Positions 46,260 to 57,193 of a DNA stretch of 64,000 bases are shown here, in pieces. A program made the position numbers and the translations under genes. Location of the stretch: contig JBFLZZ010000004.1 in assembly GCA_040755255.1 (NCBI GenBank), forward strand, positions 49,849 through 113,848, given 5' to 3'. Numbering within the stretch: position 1 is the stretch's first letter; every line of letters begins with the position of its first letter. The notes under the pieces are model-generated. The model worked only from the letters and a program-made list of their open reading frames with translations, ran no database searches and was not told where the DNA came from. Source of the DNA: Thermodesulfobacteriota bacterium. GTDB lineage: Bacteria > Desulfobacterota > Desulfobulbia > Desulfobulbales > S012-135.

Positions 46260-48785
46260 ATGGCGGCACCGGCTCACGATCTGGCCCACCCCCCCATCCC
46301 GGGCGATCCGCTGCGGGAGGTCGTGCCGTTCAACGCCCTCCCCGAGGCGGCGCTGGCCGATCTCGCCGCCGCCTGCCGAATCGAGCACTTCCGCCAGGGC
46401 GAGACCATCTTCGCCCAGGCCGAGGGCTGCGCCAGCGTCTACGTCGTGCTCGCCGGCCTGGTGCAACTGTCGCACCGCGCCGTATCGGGCAAGGAAATCC
46501 CCATCATCACCGCCCGCGAGGGCGAACTCTTCGGCGACGTCAGCCTGCTCACCACCGGCAGCCGTTTCGCCTCCGCCCGCGCCGCCCAGGCAACCACCCT
46601 CTGTTTCATCCCCGCCGACCGCTTCCATCTTCTCCTCGATCAATACCCGCGGTTCGGCAAGGCGCTCCTGCAGACCTGGGGAAAAACCTTCCTCCACGGC
46701 ATCCTCCACGATCTCGCCGGCCGCGAGTACCAGCGGCAACTCTTCACCCAGAAGGAAACCCTGCCCTGCCTGCCCCTGATCGGCGATTCCCTGCGGGCGA
46801 AAAAACTCCGCAACCTCGTCGAACCACTCGCTGCAGGCCTGGCGCCGCTTCTCATCATCGGCGAAAAAGGCAGCATGAAAAAGCGGCTGGCCGGGTTTCT
46901 CCACGAAACCGGCAACCGCCGCGACAGCCCTTTCCTGCTCTACGATTCCGCCAACCCGCCGGCATTTTTCGATGCCGGCGAGGACCAGGGGGTCGACCCC
47001 CACGCCCTCGCCCTTTTCGGCCTGGCAGGGCCGCACGCCGGCTGGAGGGGGCTGCTGACCATGGCGGAAAACGGCACCCTGGTGGTAGCGAGGGCGGATC
47101 TGCTCGACGCCGCGGTTCAGGACCGACTGGCAGCCAGCCTGCAGGAGTCCGGCCCGCATGCCCCCCGCGTCATCCTCACCGCCCGCGCCGCCGATATGCT
47201 CATACCGAAGCTGCTGCGCTGCTTTCCCGAGAAGGCTTCCGTCAGCCTGCCCCCTCTCCGGGAAAGGAAGAAGGACCTCAAGCTGATGGCGGACGCGGTG
47301 ATCGCGGCCATCGCCGGCGAAAGCGGCGCCCCTCCCATCGGCCAGGAGGCGGTCAACCGGATGCTGGCCTACCAGTGGCCGGGCAACTACCGGGAGCTGG
47401 AGGAGGTGGTCAAACGGGCCCTCTATCTCGCCGGCCGCGAAACCCTGGAAGCCGAGGACATCTACATCGGCACCGTGCGGATCACCGGCAAAAACGCCTT
47501 CAACCTCCTGAACGTCCCCTCGATCCGCGGTTTTTTCCAGAATCCTTCCTATCCGGTGGTGCCGCAGTCGATCATCGCCGGCCTCTTCCTGGTGATCATC
47601 GCCCTCGGCCTCTGGGGCAATCCGGCGGCCGATTCCAATGTCGCCCTGCTGCTGGTCTGGGCCAACTGGGAACCGCTGCTCATCCTCAGCTGCTTCTTCG
47701 CCGCCCGCATCTGGTGCAGTTTCTGCCCGGTGGGCTTTCTCGCCGAACGGGTGAATACCCTGCCGCTCCGGCAGCGGCCGGCGCCCGCCCTGCTGCAGAA
47801 CCTCGGTTTCTTGCTCAGCGGCTTCGGCCTGCTGGTCATCTTCTGGGCCCAGGCCGCCTTCGACATGTGGCGACAACCGGCCAACACCGCCGCGCTCCTG
47901 CTCGCCATCCTTTTTTTCGCGGTGGCGGTCTCCGCCCTGTTCCGGGAAAAGATCTGGTGCCGCGTCCTCTGCCCCCTCGGCCAGATGGTGGCCACCTTCG
48001 CGCGGCTGTCGCTGGTCGAACTGCGCACCAACGCCAACTACTGCAGCAACGAATGCACCACCTACGACTGCAGCGTCGGCAGGGAGAACGTCCCCGGCTG
48101 CCGGATGCTCAAGGGGCCCTTCCTGCTGGAGTCCAACGCCGGCTGCACCCTGTGCGGCAACTGCATCAAGTCCTGCCGCAACAACGCGGTGCGGCTCAAT
48201 CTCCGCTTCCCCGGCTGGGAGTTGTGGAACAGCCAGGCGGCGGACAAGGTGGCGCTGTTCTTCGTGCCGCTGCTCTGGGGAACGCAGCTGTTCCGCGGCG
48301 TCGAACATTCCGGCGTCGCGGAAAGACTGGCTGCCTTTCTCGGCGGCAATTCCCTCGCTCTGGGGCTGCTGCTCGCCGCCTGCGTCGTCTTCGCCTTTCA
48401 CGTCGCGGTGGCGGGCATCGCCTTCACCGGCATGATCGATACCGACGCCGGCATGGGTTTCGGCACCACCTTCGCCCTCGCCATGCTGCCCCTGGTCTAT
48501 GCCAACGAGATCGCCATCCGCATGGTATCCCTGCTGAACCATGCCGCCAATTTCTTCAAGGTGCTCGGCAACCAGCTCGGCCGGCAACTGCCGGACATCG
48601 CCTTCCGCCTCGATCTGCAGTCCATCCGTTTCCTGCAGGTGATCTGCCTGCTCCTCGGTCTCGTCGCCTCACTGGCCGTGGCCACCCGGCTTACCAAACA
48701 ACTGCCCGAGGAGCAGACCGCACCTGCCTTTTTCCGCCATCTGCCCCTGTTCGCCATGACCCTGATTTCGGTGCTGCTGCTCTGA
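46260..48785 (+). CDS. Fusion protein: cNMP-binding domain, degenerate sigma-54-activator AAA+ domain, and a polytopic NapH/NosR-like membrane domain with 4Fe-4S motifs
   Basis: GGAGG RBS. CAP_ED-like region (FRQGETIF...GELFGDVSLL). The AAA+ region keeps PLRERKKDL and WPGNYRELE, but Walker A is GEKGSMKK, Walker B is LVVARA, and no GAFTGA is visible. From about 47547 there are TM helices with CSFCPVG, CRVLCPLG and CTLCGNCIKSC. No C-terminal HTH. Confidence 0.8.
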   Translation: MAAPAHDLAHPPIPGDPLREVVPFNALPEAALADLAAACRIEHFRQGETIFAQAEGCASVYVVLAGLVQLSHRAVSGKEIPIITAREGELFGDVSLLTTGSRFASARAAQATTLCFIPADRFHLLLDQYPRFGKALLQTWGKTFLHGILHDLAGREYQRQLFTQKETLPCLPLIGDSLRAKKLRNLVEPLAAGLAPLLIIGEKGSMKKRLAGFLHETGNRRDSPFLLYDSANPPAFFDAGEDQGVDPHALALFGLAGPHAGWRGLLTMAENGTLVVARADLLDAAVQDRLAASLQESGPHAPRVILTARAADMLIPKLLRCFPEKASVSLPPLRERKKDLKLMADAVIAAIAGESGAPPIGQEAVNRMLAYQWPGNYRELEEVVKRALYLAGRETLEAEDIYIGTVRITGKNAFNLLNVPSIRGFFQNPSYPVVPQSIIAGLFLVIIALGLWGNPAADSNVALLLVWANWEPLLILSCFFAARIWCSFCPVGFLAERVNTLPLRQRPAPALLQNLGFLLSGFGLLVIFWAQAAFDMWRQPANTAALLLAILFFAVAVSALFREKIWCRVLCPLGQMVATFARLSLVELRTNANYCSNECTTYDCSVGRENVPGCRMLKGPFLLESNAGCTLCGNCIKSCRNNAVRLNLRFPGWELWNSQAADKVALFFVPLLWGTQLFRGVEHSGVAERLAAFLGGNSLALGLLLAACVVFAFHVAVAGIAFTGMIDTDAGMGFGTTFALAMLPLVYANEIAIRMVSLLNHAANFFKVLGNQLGRQLPDIAFRLDLQSIRFLQVICLLLGLVASLAVATRLTKQLPEEQTAPAFFRHLPLFAMTLISVLLL

Positions 48786-48856
48786 CCGGCCCGGATGCGG
48801 GTGGCGGCACCCTGGCGGCCAATCGGAAAACGGTTACAAAAATTTTATGGAATCTA

Positions 48857-48885
48857 CTGACAAATCGTCCTTTTTCGTGTATTAA
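48857..48885 (+). promoter_or_regulatory. Candidate sigma-70 promoter upstream of prfC
   Basis: cTGACA-17 nt-TATTAA in an AT-rich patch about 135 nt upstream of the prfC start. Confidence 0.35.
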
Positions 48886-49021
48886 CCTACCTTCCTGCGA
48901 CCAGGCATCCCCTTTCCCCTACTCCAAGCACGACAATGACGACCCCACGGGTCACCCCGACCGATCACATCGCGCCGGCGCCTGATCGTATCGGCCGCGC
49001 CCCCTTCGAGGCTATCGCACA

Positions 49022-50605
<1,584 letters not shown>

Positions 50606-50629
50606 TCCCATTGACAAAGGAGGCACAGC

Positions 50630-50827
50630 ATGGAATTCGAATCCTTTGAACAGGCGTTCAAGATCTGCCTGGAGTCCGAGGACGGCAGCGAACGGCAGCT
50701 GGAGGCGATGGTCTACTGCCTGGAACACGCGCCGCAGGAACTGCGCGACCTGCTGCGGCAGCGCCACCAGGAACACCTGGCCGCCCGCCACCAGCATCAC
50801 GAGGGCTGCGGCTGCGGCAAACACTGA
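50630..50827 (+). CDS. Small hypothetical protein (65 aa) with a His/Cys-rich tail
   Basis: AAGGAGG RBS 7 nt upstream. Ends ...HQEHLAARHQHHEGCGCGKH. No family recognised. Confidence 0.5.
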   Translation: MEFESFEQAFKICLESEDGSERQLEAMVYCLEHAPQELRDLLRQRHQEHLAARHQHHEGCGCGKH

Positions 50828-50854
50828 GTTTTCCCCATCATCACGGAGCACGCC

Positions 50855-51250
50855 ATGACACTGCAGGAACGCATCAGGGCCGATCTGAAGGAATCGATGA
50901 AGGCGAAGACCGAGGATCGCACCTCGGCCATCCGCGTCATCATGGGCGAGTTCGCCCGCCAGCCGAAAAAGGAACTGGACGACGCCGAGGTAGTCGCCGT
51001 CATCCGCAAGCTGATCAAATCGGAAAGCGAAACCCTCGCCCGGCTCGGCCAGACGTCGTCGCCGTACCTGGCCATCCTCGAGGCCTATCTGCCGGCGCTG
51101 GCCAGCGAGGAGCAGATCCGCGGGTGGATCGCCGCCAACATCGATTTCGCCGGGTTCAAGAACAAGATGCAGGCGATGAAGCCGATCATGGCCCATTTCG
51201 GCAGCAGCGCGGATGGCAACACGGTCAAAAGGATCCTCGAATCCCTCTGA
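50855..51250 (+). CDS. GatB/YqeY domain-containing protein
   Basis: MTLQERIRADLKESMKAK...R.SAIR.I...., the typical YqeY N-terminus; 131 aa. Confidence 0.8.
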   Translation: MTLQERIRADLKESMKAKTEDRTSAIRVIMGEFARQPKKELDDAEVVAVIRKLIKSESETLARLGQTSSPYLAILEAYLPALASEEQIRGWIAANIDFAGFKNKMQAMKPIMAHFGSSADGNTVKRILESL

Positions 51251-51974
51251 GCCGGCGCTGGCCGTCATCACCGACCGGCTTGCCGACCGGCTCGACGGCC
51301 TCGCCTTCGCGCCGCCGGTGGCCTATGTCTACAACCCGCTGCGCTACGCCCGCGCCGGCTGGTCGGCCTACTGCCGGCTGTACGGCGAGGCCCGCCGGGA
51401 GATCCTCCTGGTCGGCATGAACCCCGGGCCATGGGGGATGGCGCAGACCGGCGTTCCCTTCGGCGAGATCTCGCTGGTGCGCGACTGGCTGGCCATCGAA
51501 ACCGCCATCGGCCAACCGGCGCGGACCCACCCCAAAAAACCGGTGCACGGCTTTGCCTGCCGCCGCAGCGAGGTCTCCGGCAAACGGCTGTGGGGCTGGG
51601 CCAGGGAGCGGTTCACCACCCCGGACCGGTTCTTCGCCCGCTTCTTTGTCGCCAATTACTGCCCGCTGCTCTTTCTCGACGGCGACGGCCGCAACCTCAC
51701 CCCCAACGTCCTGGCCGCCACCGAACGGCGCCGGCTGCAGGAGCACTGCGACGAGGCGCTGCGGCACACCGCGGCCCATTTCCGGCCGCGCCTGGTGGTC
51801 GGCGTCGGCCGCTTTGCCGCCGACCGGGTGACCGAAGCGCTCGCCGGCATGGAGATCGCGACCGGCATGATCACCCACCCCAGCCCCGCCAATCCCAAGG
51901 CCAACCGGGGATGGGAAAAGCTGATCGAAAGCGAGTTCACCGCCCTGGGCGTCGCCATCGACGCCGGCGGCTGA
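51213..51974 (+). CDS. Family-3 (SMUG1-type) uracil-DNA glycosylase
   Basis: The GMNPGPWGMAQTGVPFG motif and the HPSPANP C-terminal motif are SMUG signatures. The start is uncertain: ATG 51213 overlaps the upstream gene by 38 nt. Confidence 0.8.
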   Translation: MATRSKGSSNPSEPALAVITDRLADRLDGLAFAPPVAYVYNPLRYARAGWSAYCRLYGEARREILLVGMNPGPWGMAQTGVPFGEISLVRDWLAIETAIGQPARTHPKKPVHGFACRRSEVSGKRLWGWARERFTTPDRFFARFFVANYCPLLFLDGDGRNLTPNVLAATERRRLQEHCDEALRHTAAHFRPRLVVGVGRFAADRVTEALAGMEIATGMITHPSPANPKANRGWEKLIESEFTALGVAIDAGG

Positions 51975-52051
51975 ACACCACCTTTTCCCTTGCCACAACG
52001 GTGCCGGACTGCTATTTCTGAGAGTCCACCGGCAACGCAACGAGGAAAACC

Positions 52052-52483
52052 ATGGCCGCCACCTCCCCCTACGACGAAGCGCACCTGTTTGTCGCCGCCG
52101 TCCGTCTGCTTCTGCACCGCAAGCCGGCTCCGCCGTCGGTGGAGGACATCGCCGAACTCACCGGCCGCTCCCGGGAATGGGCGCTGTACACCGCCCGCAG
52201 GCTCCGGGATCTCGGTATCGTCACCATGGTCGAAGACCCCTTCACCATCAAGGTCGACATCGCCGACCACACCCTCATCGAATCGATCCCGAAAGAGCAG
52301 CCCGCCGACGCCGGGCTCGGCGCCGAGATAGAAAAATTCCGGAAAAGCCGGGAAGACAGCACGAAAAAGGTGGAAGGAATCAAGGCGGAGCTGGAGAAGA
52401 AGAAACAGGATCTGTTCGCCAGCCTCAGCCAGCAGCTCAAAACGCAGAAAGGCAACGATCAGGGAGGGTCCGGCGGCTCATGA
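52052..52483 (+). CDS. Hypothetical protein (possible winged-helix N-terminus, charged coiled C-terminus)
   Basis: GAGGA RBS, 143 aa. SVEDIAELTGRSREWALYTARRLRDLGIV looks HTH-like. The stop overlaps the next start (ATGA). Confidence 0.6.
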   Translation: MAATSPYDEAHLFVAAVRLLLHRKPAPPSVEDIAELTGRSREWALYTARRLRDLGIVTMVEDPFTIKVDIADHTLIESIPKEQPADAGLGAEIEKFRKSREDSTKKVEGIKAELEKKKQDLFASLSQQLKTQKGNDQGGSGGS

Positions 52484-53283
52484 AGATCATCCGCTTTCAG
52501 GACGACACCGGCGCCGTCCGTCTCGGCCACCGGTTCGAAAACGGCAGCGCCGACCTGCTGCAGGGCGACATCCTCGGCACGCTCACCGACACCGGCCGGC
52601 GGCTGAAGGTGGCCAAACTGCTCAGCCCGCTGGCGCCGGCCGCCATCCTCTGCATCGGCCTCAATTACCGGCTGCACGCCGGCGAGTTCGGCGTCGACCT
52701 GCCCGAGTATCCCATCCTGTTCATGAAGAACCCGGCGGCGGCGACCAACCCCGGCGACCCCATCGTCATCCCCGCCTGCTGCCGCAACGCCCCCCAGGTG
52801 GACTACGAGGCGGAGCTGGCGGTGGTCATCGGCAGGAGCGCGAAAAACGTCACCGCCGCATCGGCGCTGGAGTATGTCCTCGGCTATACCTGCGGCAACG
52901 ACGTCACCGCCCGCCGCTGGCAGAAGCTCGCCGGCGGCGGCCAGTGGGCGCGGGGCAAGAGCTTCGACACCTTCTGCCCGCTGGGGCCGGCGCTGGTCAC
53001 CGCCGACGAGATACCCGACCCGCAACATCTCAGGATCAGCTGCCGGCTCAACGGCGAACTGATGCAGGACGCCTCCACCGCCGACATGCTCTTTCCGGTG
53101 GCGCACCTGATCGAATACCTCTCCCAGGACACCACCCTCATGCCCGGCACGGTGATCCTCACCGGCACGCCGCCCGGCGTCGGCTTCGCGCGCACGCCGC
53201 CGGTCTGGCTCGATGCCGGCGACCGGGTGGCCATCGAGATCGAGGGGATCGGCACCCTGGAAAATCCGGTCACCGCCGCCTGA
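52480..53283 (+). CDS. Fumarylacetoacetate hydrolase family protein
   Basis: Internal ATG 52480. ...ILCIGLNYRLHA.E......P.P.LF.K......PGDPIVIP......DYEAELAVVIG...GNDV.AR..Q...GGQW.RGKSFDTFCPLGP. Confidence 0.9.
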   Translation: MKIIRFQDDTGAVRLGHRFENGSADLLQGDILGTLTDTGRRLKVAKLLSPLAPAAILCIGLNYRLHAGEFGVDLPEYPILFMKNPAAATNPGDPIVIPACCRNAPQVDYEAELAVVIGRSAKNVTAASALEYVLGYTCGNDVTARRWQKLAGGGQWARGKSFDTFCPLGPALVTADEIPDPQHLRISCRLNGELMQDASTADMLFPVAHLIEYLSQDTTLMPGTVILTGTPPGVGFARTPPVWLDAGDRVAIEIEGIGTLENPVTAA

Positions 53284-53396
53284 TTCTCTCCGCCTTCGCG
53301 ACGAACACCGCGACGAAGCGATCCAGAACCGTCCTCAGCCCCGCATTCCTCCCGGATGGTTTCTTTCCAGTTGGAATGGCATGAACCGGTCCCCCA

Positions 53397-53816
53397 TCAG
53401 AAGAAGCTGATCTTCTTGTCGGCGCCGAAATGGCCGCGCAGCGCGGCCGTGACCTCGCTCTTCTCTCCCTCCCCCGCGGGGTTTCGCACCCGGTAGACCT
53501 CGGCCACCACGGTCTGGTCGGCGAGTTCCCGATCCCTGGCGGCGCCGTCGCCGGCGAGGAAAAAGGCGCGGAGCGCCGAATCCCGCCAGGGGATCACCCC
53601 CTCCAGGTACATCCCCCAGATGGTGGGTTGCGGCCCGCAGCCGCAGCTGAAGGTCTGGAAGACGAAGGTCCTGCCGCCATGTTCCACGAGACCGGTGGCG
53701 ACCATGATGAAATTCTGGTAATTGAAGTTCACCGGCACGACCTCGCTGCCCCTGCCGCTTTTCAGCAGATCGATCTCCCGCAGGTACAGCCGGTGCTGGA
53801 GTGAAACGTCCATCAT
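53397..53816 (-). CDS. Hypothetical protein (139 aa)
   Basis: ATGATG at 53811-53816 after an AGGA-type RBS. The composition is ordinary for a protein. Contains FSCGCGPQP. No family recognised. Confidence 0.5.
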   Translation of the reverse strand: MMDVSLQHRLYLREIDLLKSGRGSEVVPVNFNYQNFIMVATGLVEHGGRTFVFQTFSCGCGPQPTIWGMYLEGVIPWRDSALRAFFLAGDGAARDRELADQTVVAEVYRVRNPAGEGEKSEVTAALRGHFGADKKISFF

Positions 53817-53941
53817 AATCCTGTTCCTTTTCCCGCGAGCGCGGAGAGGCCGGGCAACCAAACCCGCGGACGGGCACCGCCGGCTTGGGCAGCGGGCAAC
53901 AATTCCGCTGCCAGACCCAAACCGCCACCTGGTGAAACTAC

Positions 53942-55108
53942 ATGCTCTACCGACGGTTCGGCAAGACCAACCTGAACATGCCGGTGTTCAGCGCCGGCTT
54001 CATGCGCGCCAAGCACAGCTGGTCGGACCTGCCGCTGGCAGCGGTCCCCGCCGACAATCAATCCAAGCTGGAGGAGGTGATCCGCCGGGCCCTGGCCCTG
54101 GGTATCAACCATTTCGAAACCGCCCGCGCCTACGGCACCTCGGAGCGCCAGCTCGGCCTCGCCCTCCGGGACATCCCCCGGGCGGACTACCTGCTGCAGA
54201 CCAAGGTGCAGCCCACCCCGGACCCGCAGGTCTTTACCGCCGACTGCCGCGACTCCCTGGCCCGACTCGGGGTCGACCGCGTCGACCTGCTCGCCATCCA
54301 CGGCATCAACGACCACCGCTCCTTCTGGCACGCCTGCCGCCCCGGTGGTTGCCTGGCCGCGGCCCGCCGGCTGCAGGCGGAGGGCAGGGTCGGTCACGTC
54401 GGTTTTTCCGGCCACGGCGACACCGACATCATCCTGGAGGCGGTGCGCCACCAGCAAGACGGCGGTTTCGACTACATGAACATCCACTGGTACTACATCT
54501 TCCAGCAGCACCGCCAGGCGATCCGCGAAGCGCACGAGCGCGACATGGGGATCTTCGTCATCAGCCCCACCGACAAGGGCGGCAGGCTGCAGGCGCCGCC
54601 GCCCCTGCTGCAACGGCTCTGCGCGCCTCTCGCTCCCCTGCAGTTCAACGATCTCTTCTGCCTCACCCGGCCCGGCATCACCACCCTCAGCATCGGCGCC
54701 GCGACCCCGGCGGATTTCGACGCCCATCTGGCGGCGCTGGCCCACCTGGGAGACCGCGATCTGCTGGCCGCCGTCGACCGCCGCCTGGGCCAGGCCATGG
54801 AGACGGCCACCGGCAACGCGCGGCCGGATGCCCTCTGGGAGAAGCTTCCCCCCTGGGACGCGACCCCCGGCTACTTCAACCTGCGGATGATCACCTGGCT
54901 CGGCAACCTGGACCGGGGCTGGCATCTCCGTGAATACGCCCGCGACCGCTATGCCATGCTCGGCCGGGAACTCCCCTGGGTGCCGGGCAGGGACGGGGCC
55001 GACATCGACCGCTTCGATCTGGCAAGAGGCTTCCGCTCCTCGGATCTGGACATGGGAGCGGTCCTCGACCTGGTCCGCGCTACCCACCGGCGGCTGGCAT
55101 CCACCTGA
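53942..55108 (+). CDS. Aldo/keto reductase family oxidoreductase
   Basis: MLYRRFGKT.L..PV.S.G.MR......A.....I..A...GINHFETARAYG.SE..LG.AL, plus DLL.IHG, the typical AKR N-terminal pattern; 388 aa. Confidence 0.85.
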   Translation: MLYRRFGKTNLNMPVFSAGFMRAKHSWSDLPLAAVPADNQSKLEEVIRRALALGINHFETARAYGTSERQLGLALRDIPRADYLLQTKVQPTPDPQVFTADCRDSLARLGVDRVDLLAIHGINDHRSFWHACRPGGCLAAARRLQAEGRVGHVGFSGHGDTDIILEAVRHQQDGGFDYMNIHWYYIFQQHRQAIREAHERDMGIFVISPTDKGGRLQAPPPLLQRLCAPLAPLQFNDLFCLTRPGITTLSIGAATPADFDAHLAALAHLGDRDLLAAVDRRLGQAMETATGNARPDALWEKLPPWDATPGYFNLRMITWLGNLDRGWHLREYARDRYAMLGRELPWVPGRDGADIDRFDLARGFRSSDLDMGAVLDLVRATHRRLAST

Positions 55109-55394
55109 CCGCAAGCGGCGGCGGGCACGAACCGGCCGGCGGCACCCCCCAAGGTGGCCGTTTCCCCCACATCGAACCTCCGCCCGGCTGCGGCCTGTCG
55201 GCCGTCCTGGATCGCTTCGTCACGCTGTTCCTCGCGAAGACGGAGAGTGCCCGCACCGTCATCGCGGGCGCAGTGCGGTAATCCAGTCTGCATCGCGGCA
55301 ACCGTCCCGGTTGCGCACCGCGCGTGGGCAACCCGGCACGAACGGAATTGCCCTGCACCCTCGTCGACCGCCGGCTGACCTCTGCCGACTGCAA

Positions 55395-56693
55395 CTAAAA
55401 AAACAGATGCGCCGCCGCCACCGAGGCGAGGATGCCGGCTGCGTCGGCGCAGAGCGCGGCGGGCAGGGCATGGCGGGTGCGGCGGATGCCGACGCTGCCG
55501 AAGTAGACGGCCAGCACGTAGAAGGTGGTTTCGGTCGAGCCCTGCATGATGGAGACGAGGAAGGAGAGAAAGCTGTCCGGCGCCCGGCTGACCATCTCCG
55601 ACATGAGACCGAAGGCGCCCGAACCGGACAGGGGCCGCATGAGCGCCATGGCCAGGGCCTCGGCCGGCATGCCGATCAGGCTGGTGGCCGGCGACAGCAG
55701 CCGGATGAGGATATCCATGGCGCCGCTTGCGCGGACCATGCCGATGGCGACGAAGATCGCCACCATGTAGGGGATGATCCGCACCGCGGTGGTGAATCCC
55801 TCCCGGGCGCCGTCGGTAACCGCCTCGTACACCTTGACCCCGCGCAGAAAACCGAACAGCAGAAATCCCGACAGCAGGACCGGAATCAGCCAGGCGGAAA
55901 CGGCGTTGACCGCCGCCATCGACAGCAAGGAACCGGCCGGCGCCTGCAGGGAACGGTAAACGGCGGCGCCGGCAAAGGCGAGCAGCACCGCGAACACCAA
56001 CAGGCGGCCCAGGCGGCCGGGCGGCGCCAGTTCGACGGTGGCGACGCCATCCTCTTCTGCCGCATCTGCCGCCGCAGCCGCCGGGGAAGCCGCCGGGACG
56101 ATGCCGCGACCGGAAAGGAGCTTGGCCGCGACCACCGCCACCAGGGTCGAACAGCAGGTGGCGATGAGCGACGGCAGGAAAATGGCGGCAGGCGCGGCGG
56201 CATCGGCGGCGGCGCGCACGGTGATCACCCCCAGCGGCAGCAGGGTGACGCTGGAGGTGTTGATCGCCAGGAACAGGCACATGGCATCGGTGGCGGTGCC
56301 TTTTTCCGGCGCCAGTTTCTCCAGTTGCTGCATGGCGCGGATGCCCATGGGCGTCGCGGCGTTGCCCAGCCCGAGGGCGTTGGCCGCCATGTTCATCAGC
56401 ATGGCGCTCATCGCCGGGTGTTCCGGCGGCACATCGGGGAACAGCCTCACCATCAGCGGTCGCATGGCGCGGGCAACCAGCCGCAGCATGCCGCCGTCCT
56501 CGGCGACCTTCATGATGCCGAGCCACAGGGCCATGGGTCCGATGAGGCCGATGGCCAGGGTGACCGCATCCTTGGCCCCATCGAACGACGCCCTGGTCAC
56601 CTCGTCCATTCTGCCGGTCCAAGCCGCCACCAGGGTAGCGGCCAGGACCATGCCGAGCCAGATGGCGTTGATCGCCGCCGTCTTCTGCTTCAT
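55395..56693 (-). CDS. Nucleoside-recognition (Gate) domain membrane protein, fused SpmA/SpmB-like
   Basis: Internal ATG 56691-56693 after GGGGGAGGA. MKQKTAAINAIWLGMV...GAKDAV.LAIGLIG.MALWLG.MKVAE..G and a second Gate domain. Confidence 0.8.
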   Translation of the reverse strand: MKQKTAAINAIWLGMVLAATLVAAWTGRMDEVTRASFDGAKDAVTLAIGLIGPMALWLGIMKVAEDGGMLRLVARAMRPLMVRLFPDVPPEHPAMSAMLMNMAANALGLGNAATPMGIRAMQQLEKLAPEKGTATDAMCLFLAINTSSVTLLPLGVITVRAAADAAAPAAIFLPSLIATCCSTLVAVVAAKLLSGRGIVPAASPAAAAADAAEEDGVATVELAPPGRLGRLLVFAVLLAFAGAAVYRSLQAPAGSLLSMAAVNAVSAWLIPVLLSGFLLFGFLRGVKVYEAVTDGAREGFTTAVRIIPYMVAIFVAIGMVRASGAMDILIRLLSPATSLIGMPAEALAMALMRPLSGSGAFGLMSEMVSRAPDSFLSFLVSIMQGSTETTFYVLAVYFGSVGIRRTRHALPAALCADAAGILASVAAAHLFF

Positions 56694-56960
56694 TCCTCCC
56701 CCGTCGGTTGTCTTACTCCACTTCCAACTCGCAGAGCGCACGCCCCGTACGCCGAGGAGCGGCGGAGCGCGGCCGACCGCAACGAAACGGTGAAGGTGTG
56801 CGAATGAGTTGGAATTGGATTTCCGGATCGATGCCAGGCGTCACCCTACCACGGCCGGAAAAAAATTCTCTTCTTTTGTCTTTTTTCCGAGACCAGGACA
56901 GCATTTGTCCTCCTGCCCCCGGTACTCTGGACCCAAGAGTAAACCGCAAGGAGGTTTCCC

Positions 56961-57179
56961 ATGATCCGACAGGTAACCGTGTATCTCGACGACAACGAAC
57001 TGGAAACGATGGACGGTGCCTTCCGCTGCGGCCCGGTGGTCTGTGAAAACCTGGGCGGCGGCGAGGAGGTGCACAACGACCTGCTGGACAACCGGGGGTA
57101 CTGGAATCTCGGCGAACTGCGCGCCGAGGTGGCCGCCCTCTTCCGGGTGCCGGCCGAAATGGTGCTGCTCTCCGCCTGA
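56961..57179 (+). CDS. Small hypothetical protein (72 aa)
   Basis: AAGGAGG RBS 7 nt upstream of the ATG. Acidic. No family recognised. Confidence 0.5.
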   Translation: MIRQVTVYLDDNELETMDGAFRCGPVVCENLGGGEEVHNDLLDNRGYWNLGELRAEVAALFRVPAEMVLLSA

Positions 57180-57193
57180 AAATCCGGCGGCGA

